A DNA stretch of 64,000 nt from IMG/VR virus record IMGVR_UViG_3300030333_002409, positions 2,698 to 66,697 of that record, one strand, 5' to 3'. Source of the DNA: a virus. Below the pieces are notes generated by a model, which was given only the letters and a program-made list of their open reading frames with translations, searched no databases and had not been told where the DNA came from. The translations under genes were made by a program, and so were the position numbers. Below are positions 25,085-34,399 of this stretch, in pieces (the first letter of the stretch is position 1; every line of letters starts with the position of its first letter).

Positions 25085-26833
25085 ATGAACACTACAGATG
25101 ATAGTTATTGTATTGGAAAAGAGCCTTGTCCCAAGTGTAGAGAGAAGGGTAATGACCGAACTGGTGATAACCTTGCTCGATACTCAGACGGACATGGTTA
25201 CTGTTTCGCTTGTGAGTACCACGAGAAAGGTGATGGTACTACTAAGCACGAGCCAAAGATTACAGGTGATTGGACACCTTGGAAGGGCTTGATTTGTGAT
25301 CTTCCCCACCGAAGAATTCAGGACGATGTGTGTAGATTATATAACTACCGTTACGTCCGGGGTGGGGACGAAGTATATGAGGTAGCAAACTATTATGCTG
25401 AGGATGGTAGCCTTCAGGCTCAACACATCCGAGGCAAGGATAAGAAGTTTGCTTGGAAGGGTGACACCACCAAGCTCCCCATGTTTGGTCAGAACCTGTG
25501 GAGTAACAGTAAAGGTAGAAGAATTCTTGTGACTGAAGGTGAGATTGATTGTCTTACCATGTCCCAAGTTCTTAATAAGAAGTACCCGGTAGTAAGTCTA
25601 CCTAATGGGGTGGCATCCGGACCTAAATCATTTAGAGATAACTATGAATTCCTCAACTCATATGACGAGGTAATCCTTATGTTTGATGCTGATGATGCTG
25701 GTATTGATGCTGCTAATAAGTGTGCTGAAATCCTCCCGCCCGGTAAGGTAAAGATTGTGAAGGGCCTTCCATACAAAGACCCTAACGAGTGCTTGATGAA
25801 CAACGATGGGGCATCCCTCATCAAAGCGTTCTGGGAAGCACAGACATACAAACCAGATGGTATCCTACACGCCTCTGAAATCTCAGGGACAATTAGCCCC
25901 ACCATTACTCATGAAGTTTGGGACTACCCATTCGCTAACTTGACTGACTTTCTTATCGGTCAACGGGGTGGTGAGATTGTGATGTGGACCAGCGGCACAG
26001 GCTCAGGCAAGTCAACCCTTGTTCGTGAGCTTGTTAACCACCATCTAGAAAATAATAGAACTGTTGGCATGCTTATGCTTGAGGAAGCACCAGAAGAAAC
26101 TCTGGATGATTTAATCTCCTTAAGAATTAATAAACCAATTAGAAAGATTAAAGCTATGACTGCTTTGGACAACCTCCGTAAGCAGTTGGGCAAGAAGAGT
26201 TGTTTATCTGCTGGATTTGCAGAGCTCTCAGAAGATGAGTACCAGTCAGCACGGAAAGAAATCTCCGATACAGACCTATTCATCTACGATAGCCACGGCT
26301 GTCATAACTACAAGAATCTGTTGTCACGTATTGAATACATGGCTGTATCTTTAGGATGTAAGGTTATTATCCTTGATCATATTACAGCAGCAGTAATTGC
26401 TATGATGGATTCCTATAATCAGGATCAGTACGGCGGGGAAAGATTGGTCATTGACGATCTTATGAAGAGCCTTCGACAGTTAGTCGAAAGAACAGGCGTT
26501 CATATTGATGTTATTTCCCAGTTGAGAAAGACTCAGGGTAGGCAATACGAAGAGGGCGGACGCATTGGACTACAGGACCTAAGAGGTTCTGGCTCCTTAG
26601 CTTCAGTTCCTAATCTTGTTGTCGCTCTTGAGAGAGACCGACAATCCCCCGACCCTGAGATTGCTCATACCTCTGTTCTTCGTGTATTGAAGAATAGGTT
26701 TACCGGTAATGTTGGAGTAGCCACGGCTCTTCGATATGACCAGCTTAGTGGACGCATGTATGAAGTTGAGTTTGTGGTTGACCCCGATGGCAACATTACG
26801 TTTGGAGGTCCGTATGTCGAGACTGATATTTGA
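25085..26833 (+). CDS. Primase-helicase (T7 gp4-like)
   Basis: CPKC...CFAC zinc finger, TEGEID and FDAD TOPRIM, SGTGSGKST, ILDHI, LRGSG, LKNRFTG. Confidence 0.96.
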   Translation: MNTTDDSYCIGKEPCPKCREKGNDRTGDNLARYSDGHGYCFACEYHEKGDGTTKHEPKITGDWTPWKGLICDLPHRRIQDDVCRLYNYRYVRGGDEVYEVANYYAEDGSLQAQHIRGKDKKFAWKGDTTKLPMFGQNLWSNSKGRRILVTEGEIDCLTMSQVLNKKYPVVSLPNGVASGPKSFRDNYEFLNSYDEVILMFDADDAGIDAANKCAEILPPGKVKIVKGLPYKDPNECLMNNDGASLIKAFWEAQTYKPDGILHASEISGTISPTITHEVWDYPFANLTDFLIGQRGGEIVMWTSGTGSGKSTLVRELVNHHLENNRTVGMLMLEEAPEETLDDLISLRINKPIRKIKAMTALDNLRKQLGKKSCLSAGFAELSEDEYQSARKEISDTDLFIYDSHGCHNYKNLLSRIEYMAVSLGCKVIILDHITAAVIAMMDSYNQDQYGGERLVIDDLMKSLRQLVERTGVHIDVISQLRKTQGRQYEEGGRIGLQDLRGSGSLASVPNLVVALERDRQSPDPEIAHTSVLRVLKNRFTGNVGVATALRYDQLSGRMYEVEFVVDPDGNITFGGPYVETDI

Positions 26834-28517
26834 TTTGGAGGCTAATGGGTTAAATGAACTGGTACTTGACCGTAAAGGAAACCCTCACACAGAAGCTGAC
26901 CGCATCCATGTCTTGGTTACTAAAGACATTGATACAGGTTCCGTTGATGTGTATAGAGAAGATACTATTATGGATGGTGTCCGCAGTTTATGCGGTGCTG
27001 ATCTTATCATCGGCCATAATATTATGCTGTATGACATTCCTATTTTGGAGCGGAGTACTCATCGTATTCCAACTAAAGCATTCGATACGCTCATTATATC
27101 GAGGATGATGTTCCCCGATAAGAGTGATCACCCTCTTGGAGGTAACTCTCTCAGAGCATGGGGTGAGTATCTCGGAGAGTATAAGTCCGACTACACTGGT
27201 GGTTGGGAAGAATGGAACCAAGAAATGGAAGACTATTGTATTCAAGATGTCCACGTATCTGAGAAGATATTCAGATACCAGCAGGACTTTCTTCGAAAGA
27301 ACGAAAAGCCTGTACGTCTTGAGCACATGGTCACTAAGATTATTGCTGATCAAATTGAGAATGGATTTGGATTTAACTTAACAGCAGCCCAACAACTTGA
27401 GAAACAACTCATGTATGAGAAAGCAAGTGTTGAGGATAACATGAGGGAAATCTTCCCCGATAAAATCCATGTTCGTATTTCCGAAAAGACGGGAAAGAGA
27501 TTAAAGGATAAAGTAGAAGTCTTTAATCCCGGATCCCGACAGCAAATTGGGGATAGATTAAACAGCAAGTATGGTTGGTCTCCACCTCTAACAGACAAAG
27601 GCAACTACAACATAGATGCCTCTGTCTTAAAGTCGCTTGATTTTCCCGAAGCAAAAGAACTCTGTACTTATTTCGATACAACGAAGTTAATAAGTCAGGT
27701 TTCTGATTGGGTTGCAAGGGCTTCTCATAGTAGGGACGGACGCATACACGGTAGCTTGAATCCTCAGGGTACTGTGACCGGACGCATGACCGCATCTCAA
27801 CCGAACCTCCAACAGGTATCGGGAGATCCTAGAGCACGAGCTTTATTTATTCCTCGTGATGGCTGGGTACAGGTGGGAATCGATGCTTCGGGATTGGAAG
27901 CAAGGTTGTTAGCTAGCCGAATGGCTGAGTTTGATGACGGTGCTTATGCTGATGTTATCCTTAATGGAGATATCCATACAACAAACCAAGAGGCTGCGGG
28001 TCTTTCGACTCGTGACCAAGCAAAAACCTTCTTCTACGGCTTCATATACGGAGCCGGTAATAAGAAGATTGGAGAGATTGTGGGTAAGGGTGAAAGCGTA
28101 GGAGCTAAGCTTAAGAAGAAGTTCTTGGCTGAGCTGCCTGCTCTAAAGAAAGTAATGGACAGAGCAAGAGTATCTGCGGATACTCGTAAATCTGTTACCC
28201 TACTCGACGGTCGATCCGTACCTGTTCGATCCGCACATAAGGCTTTGAATACTCAGATTCAAGGCGATGGTGCAATCGTGATGAAACTAGCTCAGTGTAT
28301 CCTTAACGAAAAGATTAAGGGAAATGGACTAGCGGATAAAGCTAAGTTCATGGCAACTGTTCACGATGAGTGGCAGTTAGAATGCGATCCAAGTGTAGCC
28401 GAACAAGTCGGTAAACTTGGAGTTACTTCTATCACTGAAGCTGGAGAACGTCTCGGCTGTCGAATGAGATTAGATGGAGAATTTAAAATTGGAGAAAACT
28501 GGAGTGAGTGCCACTAA
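26814..28517 (+). CDS. Family A DNA polymerase (T7 gp5-like; Tyr at the 762-equivalent position)
   Basis: FDLE exonuclease motif, GHNI..YD, DASGLE, KTFFYGFIYG, VHDE. Confidence 0.96.
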   Translation: MSRLIFDLEANGLNELVLDRKGNPHTEADRIHVLVTKDIDTGSVDVYREDTIMDGVRSLCGADLIIGHNIMLYDIPILERSTHRIPTKAFDTLIISRMMFPDKSDHPLGGNSLRAWGEYLGEYKSDYTGGWEEWNQEMEDYCIQDVHVSEKIFRYQQDFLRKNEKPVRLEHMVTKIIADQIENGFGFNLTAAQQLEKQLMYEKASVEDNMREIFPDKIHVRISEKTGKRLKDKVEVFNPGSRQQIGDRLNSKYGWSPPLTDKGNYNIDASVLKSLDFPEAKELCTYFDTTKLISQVSDWVARASHSRDGRIHGSLNPQGTVTGRMTASQPNLQQVSGDPRARALFIPRDGWVQVGIDASGLEARLLASRMAEFDDGAYADVILNGDIHTTNQEAAGLSTRDQAKTFFYGFIYGAGNKKIGEIVGKGESVGAKLKKKFLAELPALKKVMDRARVSADTRKSVTLLDGRSVPVRSAHKALNTQIQGDGAIVMKLAQCILNEKIKGNGLADKAKFMATVHDEWQLECDPSVAEQVGKLGVTSITEAGERLGCRMRLDGEFKIGENWSECH

Positions 28518-28845
28518 AACTACATATAAGTTAAGAGTTTATATCGCCGGTCCTATGCGTGGGATCGAAGACTTTAACCGAAAGGCATTTAACAAAGCTG
28601 AAAAGAAACTTTCAAAGCTTTCTTACTTTATTCCATATAATCCAGCTAAGCAAGATAAAGAACTTAACCTCACAGATGGAGAGCTTCTGTCAAAGGAAGG
28701 TCTTAAGTCTGTAATGAGGAGAGACCTCAATGCTTTATGTGGGTGTGACGCTGTGTATATGCTTACGGGCTGGGAAAAATCCGAAGGTGCTATCATTGAG
28801 CACCGTCTAGCAACTATGCTAGGATTAACAATTTTGTACGAATGA
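28504..28845 (+). CDS. DUF4406 / nucleoside deoxyribosyltransferase-like protein
   Basis: VYIAGPMRG...NP...CDAVYML.GWEKS.GA..E; start approximate. Confidence 0.8.
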   Translation: MSATKTTYKLRVYIAGPMRGIEDFNRKAFNKAEKKLSKLSYFIPYNPAKQDKELNLTDGELLSKEGLKSVMRRDLNALCGCDAVYMLTGWEKSEGAIIEHRLATMLGLTILYE

Positions 28846-28852
28846 GGTTACT

Positions 28853-29695
28853 ATGCAAGTAATTATATTATCAGGACAAGCAAAGTCAGGAAAATCCTAC
28901 CTTGCTTCCCTAATTGCAGAGGAGGTGTTTAGACGAGGATACATTCCCGTTATAGACAACTTCGCTGCCCCTATTAAGACCGAAGCTGAAAGCGTAGGTC
29001 TTAATAAAGAAGAGAACCACGACTCTTTTCGTAGATTCTGCCAAGACTTTGGTCGGATGAAACGAACGGAGGACCCTGAATACTTTGTCCGTAAAGCTGC
29101 GGAAAGATTGTCAGAGGTTTCCAAGGAAGAGGCTCTCGATATTTCAAACAATAGAAAGCATTGGGAAAGAGTTGTAATCTTTGATGACTGTCGATACCCT
29201 AATGAATGTAAATTTGGTAAGGCTGTGGATGCAGTTCTAGTATTTGTCACTAGAGGAGATAAGCTCCCAGACCAGACGGCGGATTGGAGGGAGCATGAGT
29301 CCGAGCACATGAGTAGAATCATAGACTCAACCGGATTCGAGTCCCACTTCGATGAGGTCTTCGATGTCTTTGTCATTAATGATGGGAAAAAGAAGGACCT
29401 TGAGAAGTTGGTCAAAGAAAGAGTTCAGACTTGGCTAAGCGTACACCATCCTAACTTTGGTGATTGCTTAGCAGAAGGGTGTAATTGTCCTCTCTGTGTG
29501 GCTAAAAGAGATGGGACTATTCCAGATCCTACGGAAGTTTTAGAATACATTCTAAGGAAACTGACGGGAAGAGACTTTACTCCCGAACAACTTGATGCCC
29601 TTGAAGATCAAATGGATGAAGGCGGAACCCCTAGAATAGATATTGATTTTATGATAAGCTTTGAAGATGAGGATGAAGAAGATGAAGAAGCCTGA
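28853..29695 (+). CDS. dNMP kinase-like P-loop protein
   Basis: ILSGQAKSGKS, FAAPIK, DDCRYPNE, HESE. Confidence 0.8.
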   Translation: MQVIILSGQAKSGKSYLASLIAEEVFRRGYIPVIDNFAAPIKTEAESVGLNKEENHDSFRRFCQDFGRMKRTEDPEYFVRKAAERLSEVSKEEALDISNNRKHWERVVIFDDCRYPNECKFGKAVDAVLVFVTRGDKLPDQTADWREHESEHMSRIIDSTGFESHFDEVFDVFVINDGKKKDLEKLVKERVQTWLSVHHPNFGDCLAEGCNCPLCVAKRDGTIPDPTEVLEYILRKLTGRDFTPEQLDALEDQMDEGGTPRIDIDFMISFEDEDEEDEEA

Positions 29696-30467
29696 TTTAG
29701 CAGTACTGGATGGAGACATTCTAGTTCACCGAGCTGCTTGGTGGGCCGATGGGGAGGGCATTGATATGCTTGAACCTAGGCTACACCAAGATATTGACAA
29801 CTGGAGTGCGGGGCATAGTAAGTACATGGTTGCTTTCTCGTGTAAACGTGAAGACAATTTTCGCCGTGACTATTTCCCCCTGTATAAAGTCAATAGGGCC
29901 GGTAGACCAGAGCCTGAGTGCTTAAGCTACGCCATCGAAATAGTGGAGGATAGGTGTACCACAGTTCGTAGGCCGAGGATCGAAGCCGACGATATCCTAG
30001 GAATGATGGCTTCTGCTGGCCTAGCAACCGCAGTTACGATTGATAAGGATCTTCAATGCTGTCCCGGATGGCACTGGAATCCCGAGAAAGAAGAAGCCCC
30101 TCACTATGTCAGTGAGGAAAAGGCGGACCTCAATCTCTATAAACAGTGGATATCAGGAGACTTAACAGATAATATCTTTGGGGTATGGAACTGGGGACCA
30201 AGGAAAGCGGAGAAACTTTTAGAGAACACGCCCCGGGAGGAGTGGGATCAGGTAGTTGGAGAACTATTTCGAGAGAATCCACGCCCTGAGCACAAAAGGA
30301 TAGATGAAATTGACCGGATGGATGGAGATGAGTATGCTCTTTCCCAAGCAATTTGCGTCAGAATCCTGCGAGATGGTGAATTTAACAAGAAAAAGGAGGA
30401 AGTTAAGCTATGGGTTCCAGACCTCAATCCACAAGTAAGCGAAGACATCCACGCCCAAAGCCCTTAA
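29682..30467 (+). CDS. 5'-3' exonuclease (T7 gp6-like)
   Basis: LDGDI, YKVNR, EADD, DKDL, GDLTDN. Confidence 0.92.
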   Translation: MKKPDLAVLDGDILVHRAAWWADGEGIDMLEPRLHQDIDNWSAGHSKYMVAFSCKREDNFRRDYFPLYKVNRAGRPEPECLSYAIEIVEDRCTTVRRPRIEADDILGMMASAGLATAVTIDKDLQCCPGWHWNPEKEEAPHYVSEEKADLNLYKQWISGDLTDNIFGVWNWGPRKAEKLLENTPREEWDQVVGELFRENPRPEHKRIDEIDRMDGDEYALSQAICVRILRDGEFNKKKEEVKLWVPDLNPQVSEDIHAQSP

Positions 30468-30480
30468 ATCGGGTCTATAG
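30461..30480 (+). promoter_or_regulatory. Class B promoter (CCCTTAAATCGGGTCTATAG)
   Basis: Motif match at the boundary of the replication and late regions; no palindrome in this copy. Confidence 0.75.
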
Positions 30481-30523
30481 AGAATACCCCGAGAATATAC
30501 AAGAGGATAAGACAACCGAGGAG

Positions 30524-31015
30524 ATGGTTGATGTTGTTGTAAGATTCTACCTAACCAAGGACCTGAACTGTCTACGTTGGGTATACTGCTGGGCTGGAAG
30601 CCCTGTTCAACACTGTCAAGTCTATATTGATGGGCTTATTCACAATATAGATGCTCATATTCCTAGTCATTGGATGTGTGATGAGCTGTACCTAGGGGAT
30701 AAAGATGGGGGTGGCTATGAAAAGGCTAAGGAATTGACGTTTAAAGTCCCTAGGAGTGTTGTTGATTGGGATAAAATCCGAGCAGTAAGCGAAGGGTTCC
30801 GTATCAACGTCTTTAAGACCTTGTTCTGGGGAATTGTCAGGCACAGTAGGGGCGGAAAACATATCCCTAAGCCTTCCCCAGATTGTGTATCTATCAGTAG
30901 ACAAATCTTAGGGACCCTCGGGATATGGGGCAGCGGTGAGCTGCCTTGGGAATTCTATGAGAGTCTCGTTAATAATTACAAACCTGAAATTAAATCATAC
31001 AGGAGTTTTAAATAA
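30524..31015 (+). CDS. Hypothetical protein, possible permuted papain-like (His before Cys) fold
   Basis: HCQV near the N-terminus; DCVS...ILG...P.EFYE near the C-terminus. Confidence 0.45.
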   Translation: MVDVVVRFYLTKDLNCLRWVYCWAGSPVQHCQVYIDGLIHNIDAHIPSHWMCDELYLGDKDGGGYEKAKELTFKVPRSVVDWDKIRAVSEGFRINVFKTLFWGIVRHSRGGKHIPKPSPDCVSISRQILGTLGIWGSGELPWEFYESLVNNYKPEIKSYRSFK

Positions 31016-31287
31016 TGGCATACGATAAGTATAGAAGTGCAACAGAACTTGGCACGGGATCAATTACAGCTGAGCATGACGGATTGTGGATCGGCAGTGA
31101 CAGCAGCGGTACTGGCGGATCAACCGGAGACCTCCATGTCAAGCTTGCAAAGGACGATACTGCGGTCACGTTTAAAGGCGTTCCTACAGGTACGCTTCTT
31201 CCGATTGAAGTTAAAGAAATTATTGATGCCACTACAAAATGTGGCGACATCGTAGGTCTTGAATCTGGCGAAAGATGGAGCACCTGA
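31015..31287 (+). CDS. Head spike-base/decoration-like protein
   Basis: LWIG...GDLHV...VTFKGVPTGTLLPIEV...TT...IVGL resembles the RcGTA spike-base (Rcc01079-like) pattern. Confidence 0.6.
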   Translation: MAYDKYRSATELGTGSITAEHDGLWIGSDSSGTGGSTGDLHVKLAKDDTAVTFKGVPTGTLLPIEVKEIIDATTKCGDIVGLESGERWST

Positions 31288-31595
31288 TGGCTTATGAAAA
31301 ATATACTAAAGCCAGTGACGATTGTTATGAAGCAGCTGAACCCTCATCAACAGGAAGCCGAACGTTAACGTTCAGCGAAAAGCAGGACGCTATCTGGGTG
31401 CGTGTTGGCATAGCCACAAACCAAAAAGGAAATTGGAACTGGAGCTATGGCGGAACAAATACTTTTGAGATTGACGGAGTTACAATGGAAATCGAGAACA
31501 ATAGGATTCTTGAGATTGAAGCTAAAGAAATCGAATGTGTTGTAGGATTAGCTAAGAAATGCTGGTTTCAAATCATTGGATTAAAAAAGAAGTAG
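31287..31595 (+). CDS. Probable diverged paralogue of the preceding protein
   Basis: MAYEKYTKAS versus MAYDKYRSAT; both end in I(V/I)GL. Confidence 0.55.
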   Translation: MAYEKYTKASDDCYEAAEPSSTGSRTLTFSEKQDAIWVRVGIATNQKGNWNWSYGGTNTFEIDGVTMEIENNRILEIEAKEIECVVGLAKKCWFQIIGLKKK

Positions 31596-31601
31596 GGTAT
31601 A

Positions 31602-33497
31602 ATGGATTTATATAGACAATTTATTAGCTTGTCTCGTTACGCACGATGGAAGGATGATGATCTCCGTCGAGAGACATGGGATGAAACCGTCACTCGGTTT
31701 ATGTCCTTTATGCGTAAACATCTTAGCGAGAATACTTCGTATAAATTAGAAGACAACCTTGCTGAGGAACTTTATGAAGCTATCTTCAATCACGATGTCA
31801 TGCCTAGTATGCGTCTGTTGATGACGGCTGGAGAACCTGTAGAGTTGGATAACATTTGTGCCTACAACTGTAGCTACCTCGCAATCAACAGGCCGCAAGC
31901 CTTTGATGAGGTTCTTTACATTCTGATGAATGGAACCGGTGTTGGCTATAGTGTTGAGAAGGAAGATGTAGATCAGCTACCAGCTGTACCTCCCTATATT
32001 GAAGATGTCGACACTACTATTGTAGTAGGAGATTCGAAACTTGGGTGGGCGAAGGCATTCCGACAACTTCTTGAAAGTTTGTGGAAGGGTGAGAACCCAT
32101 CCATAGATTACTCTAAGATTAGGCCAATGGGCTCACGGCTTATGACCTTTGGCGGAAGAGCTAGTGGTCCCGAGCCTTTGAAGAAACTGTTTAACTTTAC
32201 TGTAGAAACGTTTGTTTCCGCAGAGGGAAGACAGTTAAAGCCGATTGAAGTACACGATATTGTATGTAAAATTGGTTCTTGTGTTGAGGTGGGTGGTGTA
32301 AGGCGATCAGCTTTGATTTCCTTATCCGATCTTAACGACGCTGACCTTCGTGTCGCTAAGACTGGTGAGTGGTGGCGTGATAAATCATTCCGATCCCAAG
32401 CAAATAACTCGGCTGTCTACGAGGGCAAGCCTTCAATGGGACAGTTCATGGAAGAGTGGGTATCTCTATACAATTCTAAATCAGGTGAGCGTGGTATCTT
32501 TAATCGAGATGCTTGTCGCACTGTGATCACTAAGAATGGTAGGAGATCCCCTCACCATAAGTTTGGTACTAATCCCTGCTCTGAGATTATTCTTAGGGAC
32601 ATGGAGTTCTGTAACTTAACTGAAGTAGTTATTCGCGAGGACGATAAAACGGATGCCTTAGCAAATAAGGTACGTCTTGCTACTATTCTCGGTACTTTCC
32701 AAGCTTCTTTAACTAACTTCCGACACATCAACCCTACCTTCGAAAAGAACTGTAGGGAAGAAGCGTTACTTGGAGTAAGTTTAACTGGTATTATGGACAA
32801 CCGGCTAACAGCTTCGGCAGATCCTGAATTACTTTCCAGCCTCAAGAAAGTAGCTATTACTACCAATGAGAAGTATGCTGATAAGCTTGGCATCAATAGA
32901 TCAAAGGCTATTACATGCGTAAAGCCTAGTGGTACTGTGTCCCAGCTTGTGGACTCAGCTTCGGGCATTCACCCTCGACATAGTGAATACTATATTCGAC
33001 GGGTACGCGGAGATATAAAGGACCCCATGACCAAGTACATGATGGCTCATGGTTTCCCGCATGAGAAGTGTAATTATCAGCCCGAAAATGTTGTTGTATT
33101 CTCCTTTCCTCAAGCAGCTCCTACTTCCTCAGTAATGAGGGAAGAACTGTCTGCGATTGATCATCTTAAGATCTGGAAAAGATATCAGTTGTATTGGTGT
33201 GAGCATAAGCCCTCTATTACCATCTCCATTAAAGACGATGAGTGGATGGAGGTAGGTCAGTTTGTATGGGAAAACTTTGATTTAATGAGTGGAATATCTT
33301 TCCTCCCTTATTCAGAACATACCTATGAACAAGCTCCCTATGAAGAAATAGATGAGGATTCTTATTCTAACATGGTCCATAGTCTTCCCACGTTGGATAG
33401 TTGGGATGGACTTAAGGCATGGGAACTCGAAGACAATACAAAAGGAGCTCAGACTGCGGCTTGCGTAGCAGGTCAGTGTGAGATTGTAGACATATGA
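31602..33497 (+). CDS. nrdJ: Class II (adenosylcobalamin) ribonucleotide reductase
   Basis: YNC, GGVRRSA, TNPCSEI, TCVKPSGTVS, C-terminal CVAGQCE; no beta subunit seen. Confidence 0.93.
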   Translation: MDLYRQFISLSRYARWKDDDLRRETWDETVTRFMSFMRKHLSENTSYKLEDNLAEELYEAIFNHDVMPSMRLLMTAGEPVELDNICAYNCSYLAINRPQAFDEVLYILMNGTGVGYSVEKEDVDQLPAVPPYIEDVDTTIVVGDSKLGWAKAFRQLLESLWKGENPSIDYSKIRPMGSRLMTFGGRASGPEPLKKLFNFTVETFVSAEGRQLKPIEVHDIVCKIGSCVEVGGVRRSALISLSDLNDADLRVAKTGEWWRDKSFRSQANNSAVYEGKPSMGQFMEEWVSLYNSKSGERGIFNRDACRTVITKNGRRSPHHKFGTNPCSEIILRDMEFCNLTEVVIREDDKTDALANKVRLATILGTFQASLTNFRHINPTFEKNCREEALLGVSLTGIMDNRLTASADPELLSSLKKVAITTNEKYADKLGINRSKAITCVKPSGTVSQLVDSASGIHPRHSEYYIRRVRGDIKDPMTKYMMAHGFPHEKCNYQPENVVVFSFPQAAPTSSVMREELSAIDHLKIWKRYQLYWCEHKPSITISIKDDEWMEVGQFVWENFDLMSGISFLPYSEHTYEQAPYEEIDEDSYSNMVHSLPTLDSWDGLKAWELEDNTKGAQTAACVAGQCEIVDI

Positions 33498-33682
33498 ATA
33501 ATCTAAATATGAATAACATTAACTCCCTTGAACGAATGGAGTTTGAGTATGAAAAGACGCTTCCAATGACTCAACGAGAACGGCTTGCAATGAAGGAAGT
33601 GTTTCGATTGAGAAAGGAATTGGAGGCATATGAAAAGAAAGCAATGGCCAAGAATCGATCCAAAGATTCTGGAAATTCTTGA
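33494..33682 (+). CDS. Hypothetical protein
   Basis: ATGA overlap; ORF track. Confidence 0.45.
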   Translation: MNNLNMNNINSLERMEFEYEKTLPMTQRERLAMKEVFRLRKELEAYEKKAMAKNRSKDSGNS

Positions 33683-33851
33683 GGAAATGTATCCAAAATA
33701 CGAATACTCTCCTGACCTAACCCGGGAAGCTTGGGCTTTTCGGGGAGGTCAGAGAGAGGTAATTTCTAAGTTAAGGGGAATTCTTAAATCACAAGTTTCA
33801 GGAGAAACTCTAGATCCCTTATATAAGAGACAAGGAGATAGCAATGGGTAG
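33630..33851 (+). CDS. Small pre-portal protein (P...L...P...GQREVISKL)
   Basis: SD GGAGG; position typical of T7-like pre-portal genes. Confidence 0.65.
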   Translation: MKRKQWPRIDPKILEILEEMYPKYEYSPDLTREAWAFRGGQREVISKLRGILKSQVSGETLDPLYKRQGDSNG

Positions 33852-34245
33852 TTCAAGTAAAGGCGCAGGAGCAGGCTATCAAGGCCCATCCGAAGCCGAA
33901 TTAGCGGCTCGTCGAGCTGAGGAAAGAGCTGAAGCGGCTCGCCAACGTAGAGAAGCAAGGCTAAATGCTTTGGAAGACGCACGTAGGCAGCAGGAAGCTG
34001 ACGAAGCAGCCGCCAGTAAGAAAGCAATGGACGAAGCAGAAGCTCTCGCGGCTCGTGAGAAGCGTGAAGAGATGGTTGGTCAGGAGTCAGAAGCTCAGAC
34101 CACAGCAGATCTTAAACAGCAGCAGGATATCATGGGCGTTGACCAACGGTACGGAGCAGAGACTCGACCCGGTGGGGGAGCAGAGGCTCGGCCTATGGAT
34201 AAGAAGAAACGAACGAAGAAACCCGGTACAGGAAGAGGAGCATAA
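33844..34245 (+). CDS. Putative virion assembly protein (gp6.7/7.3 position)
   Basis: MGSS start, charged helix, basic tail; SD AAGGAG. Confidence 0.6.
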   Translation: MGSSSKGAGAGYQGPSEAELAARRAEERAEAARQRREARLNALEDARRQQEADEAAASKKAMDEAEALAAREKREEMVGQESEAQTTADLKQQQDIMGVDQRYGAETRPGGGAEARPMDKKKRTKKPGTGRGA

Positions 34246-34247
34246 TC

Positions 34248-34397
34248 ATGTTAGGTAAGAAGAAGACTACCAAAAAGACCGAAGATAAAAAGGTTGAAGA
34301 TAAAAAGGTTGAAGTAAAGAAAGAAGAACCGAAAAAGAATCCCTACTCACCCGGTACTGCAAAGCATCAAGAGTGGGCATCTATTAATAGGAGCTGA
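34248..34397 (+). CDS. Small Lys/Glu-rich protein
   Basis: Translated by hand; GAGGAG SD; fills the gap to the portal gene. Confidence 0.55.
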   Translation: MLGKKKTTKKTEDKKVEDKKVEVKKEEPKKNPYSPGTAKHQEWASINRS

Positions 34398-34399
34398 TA

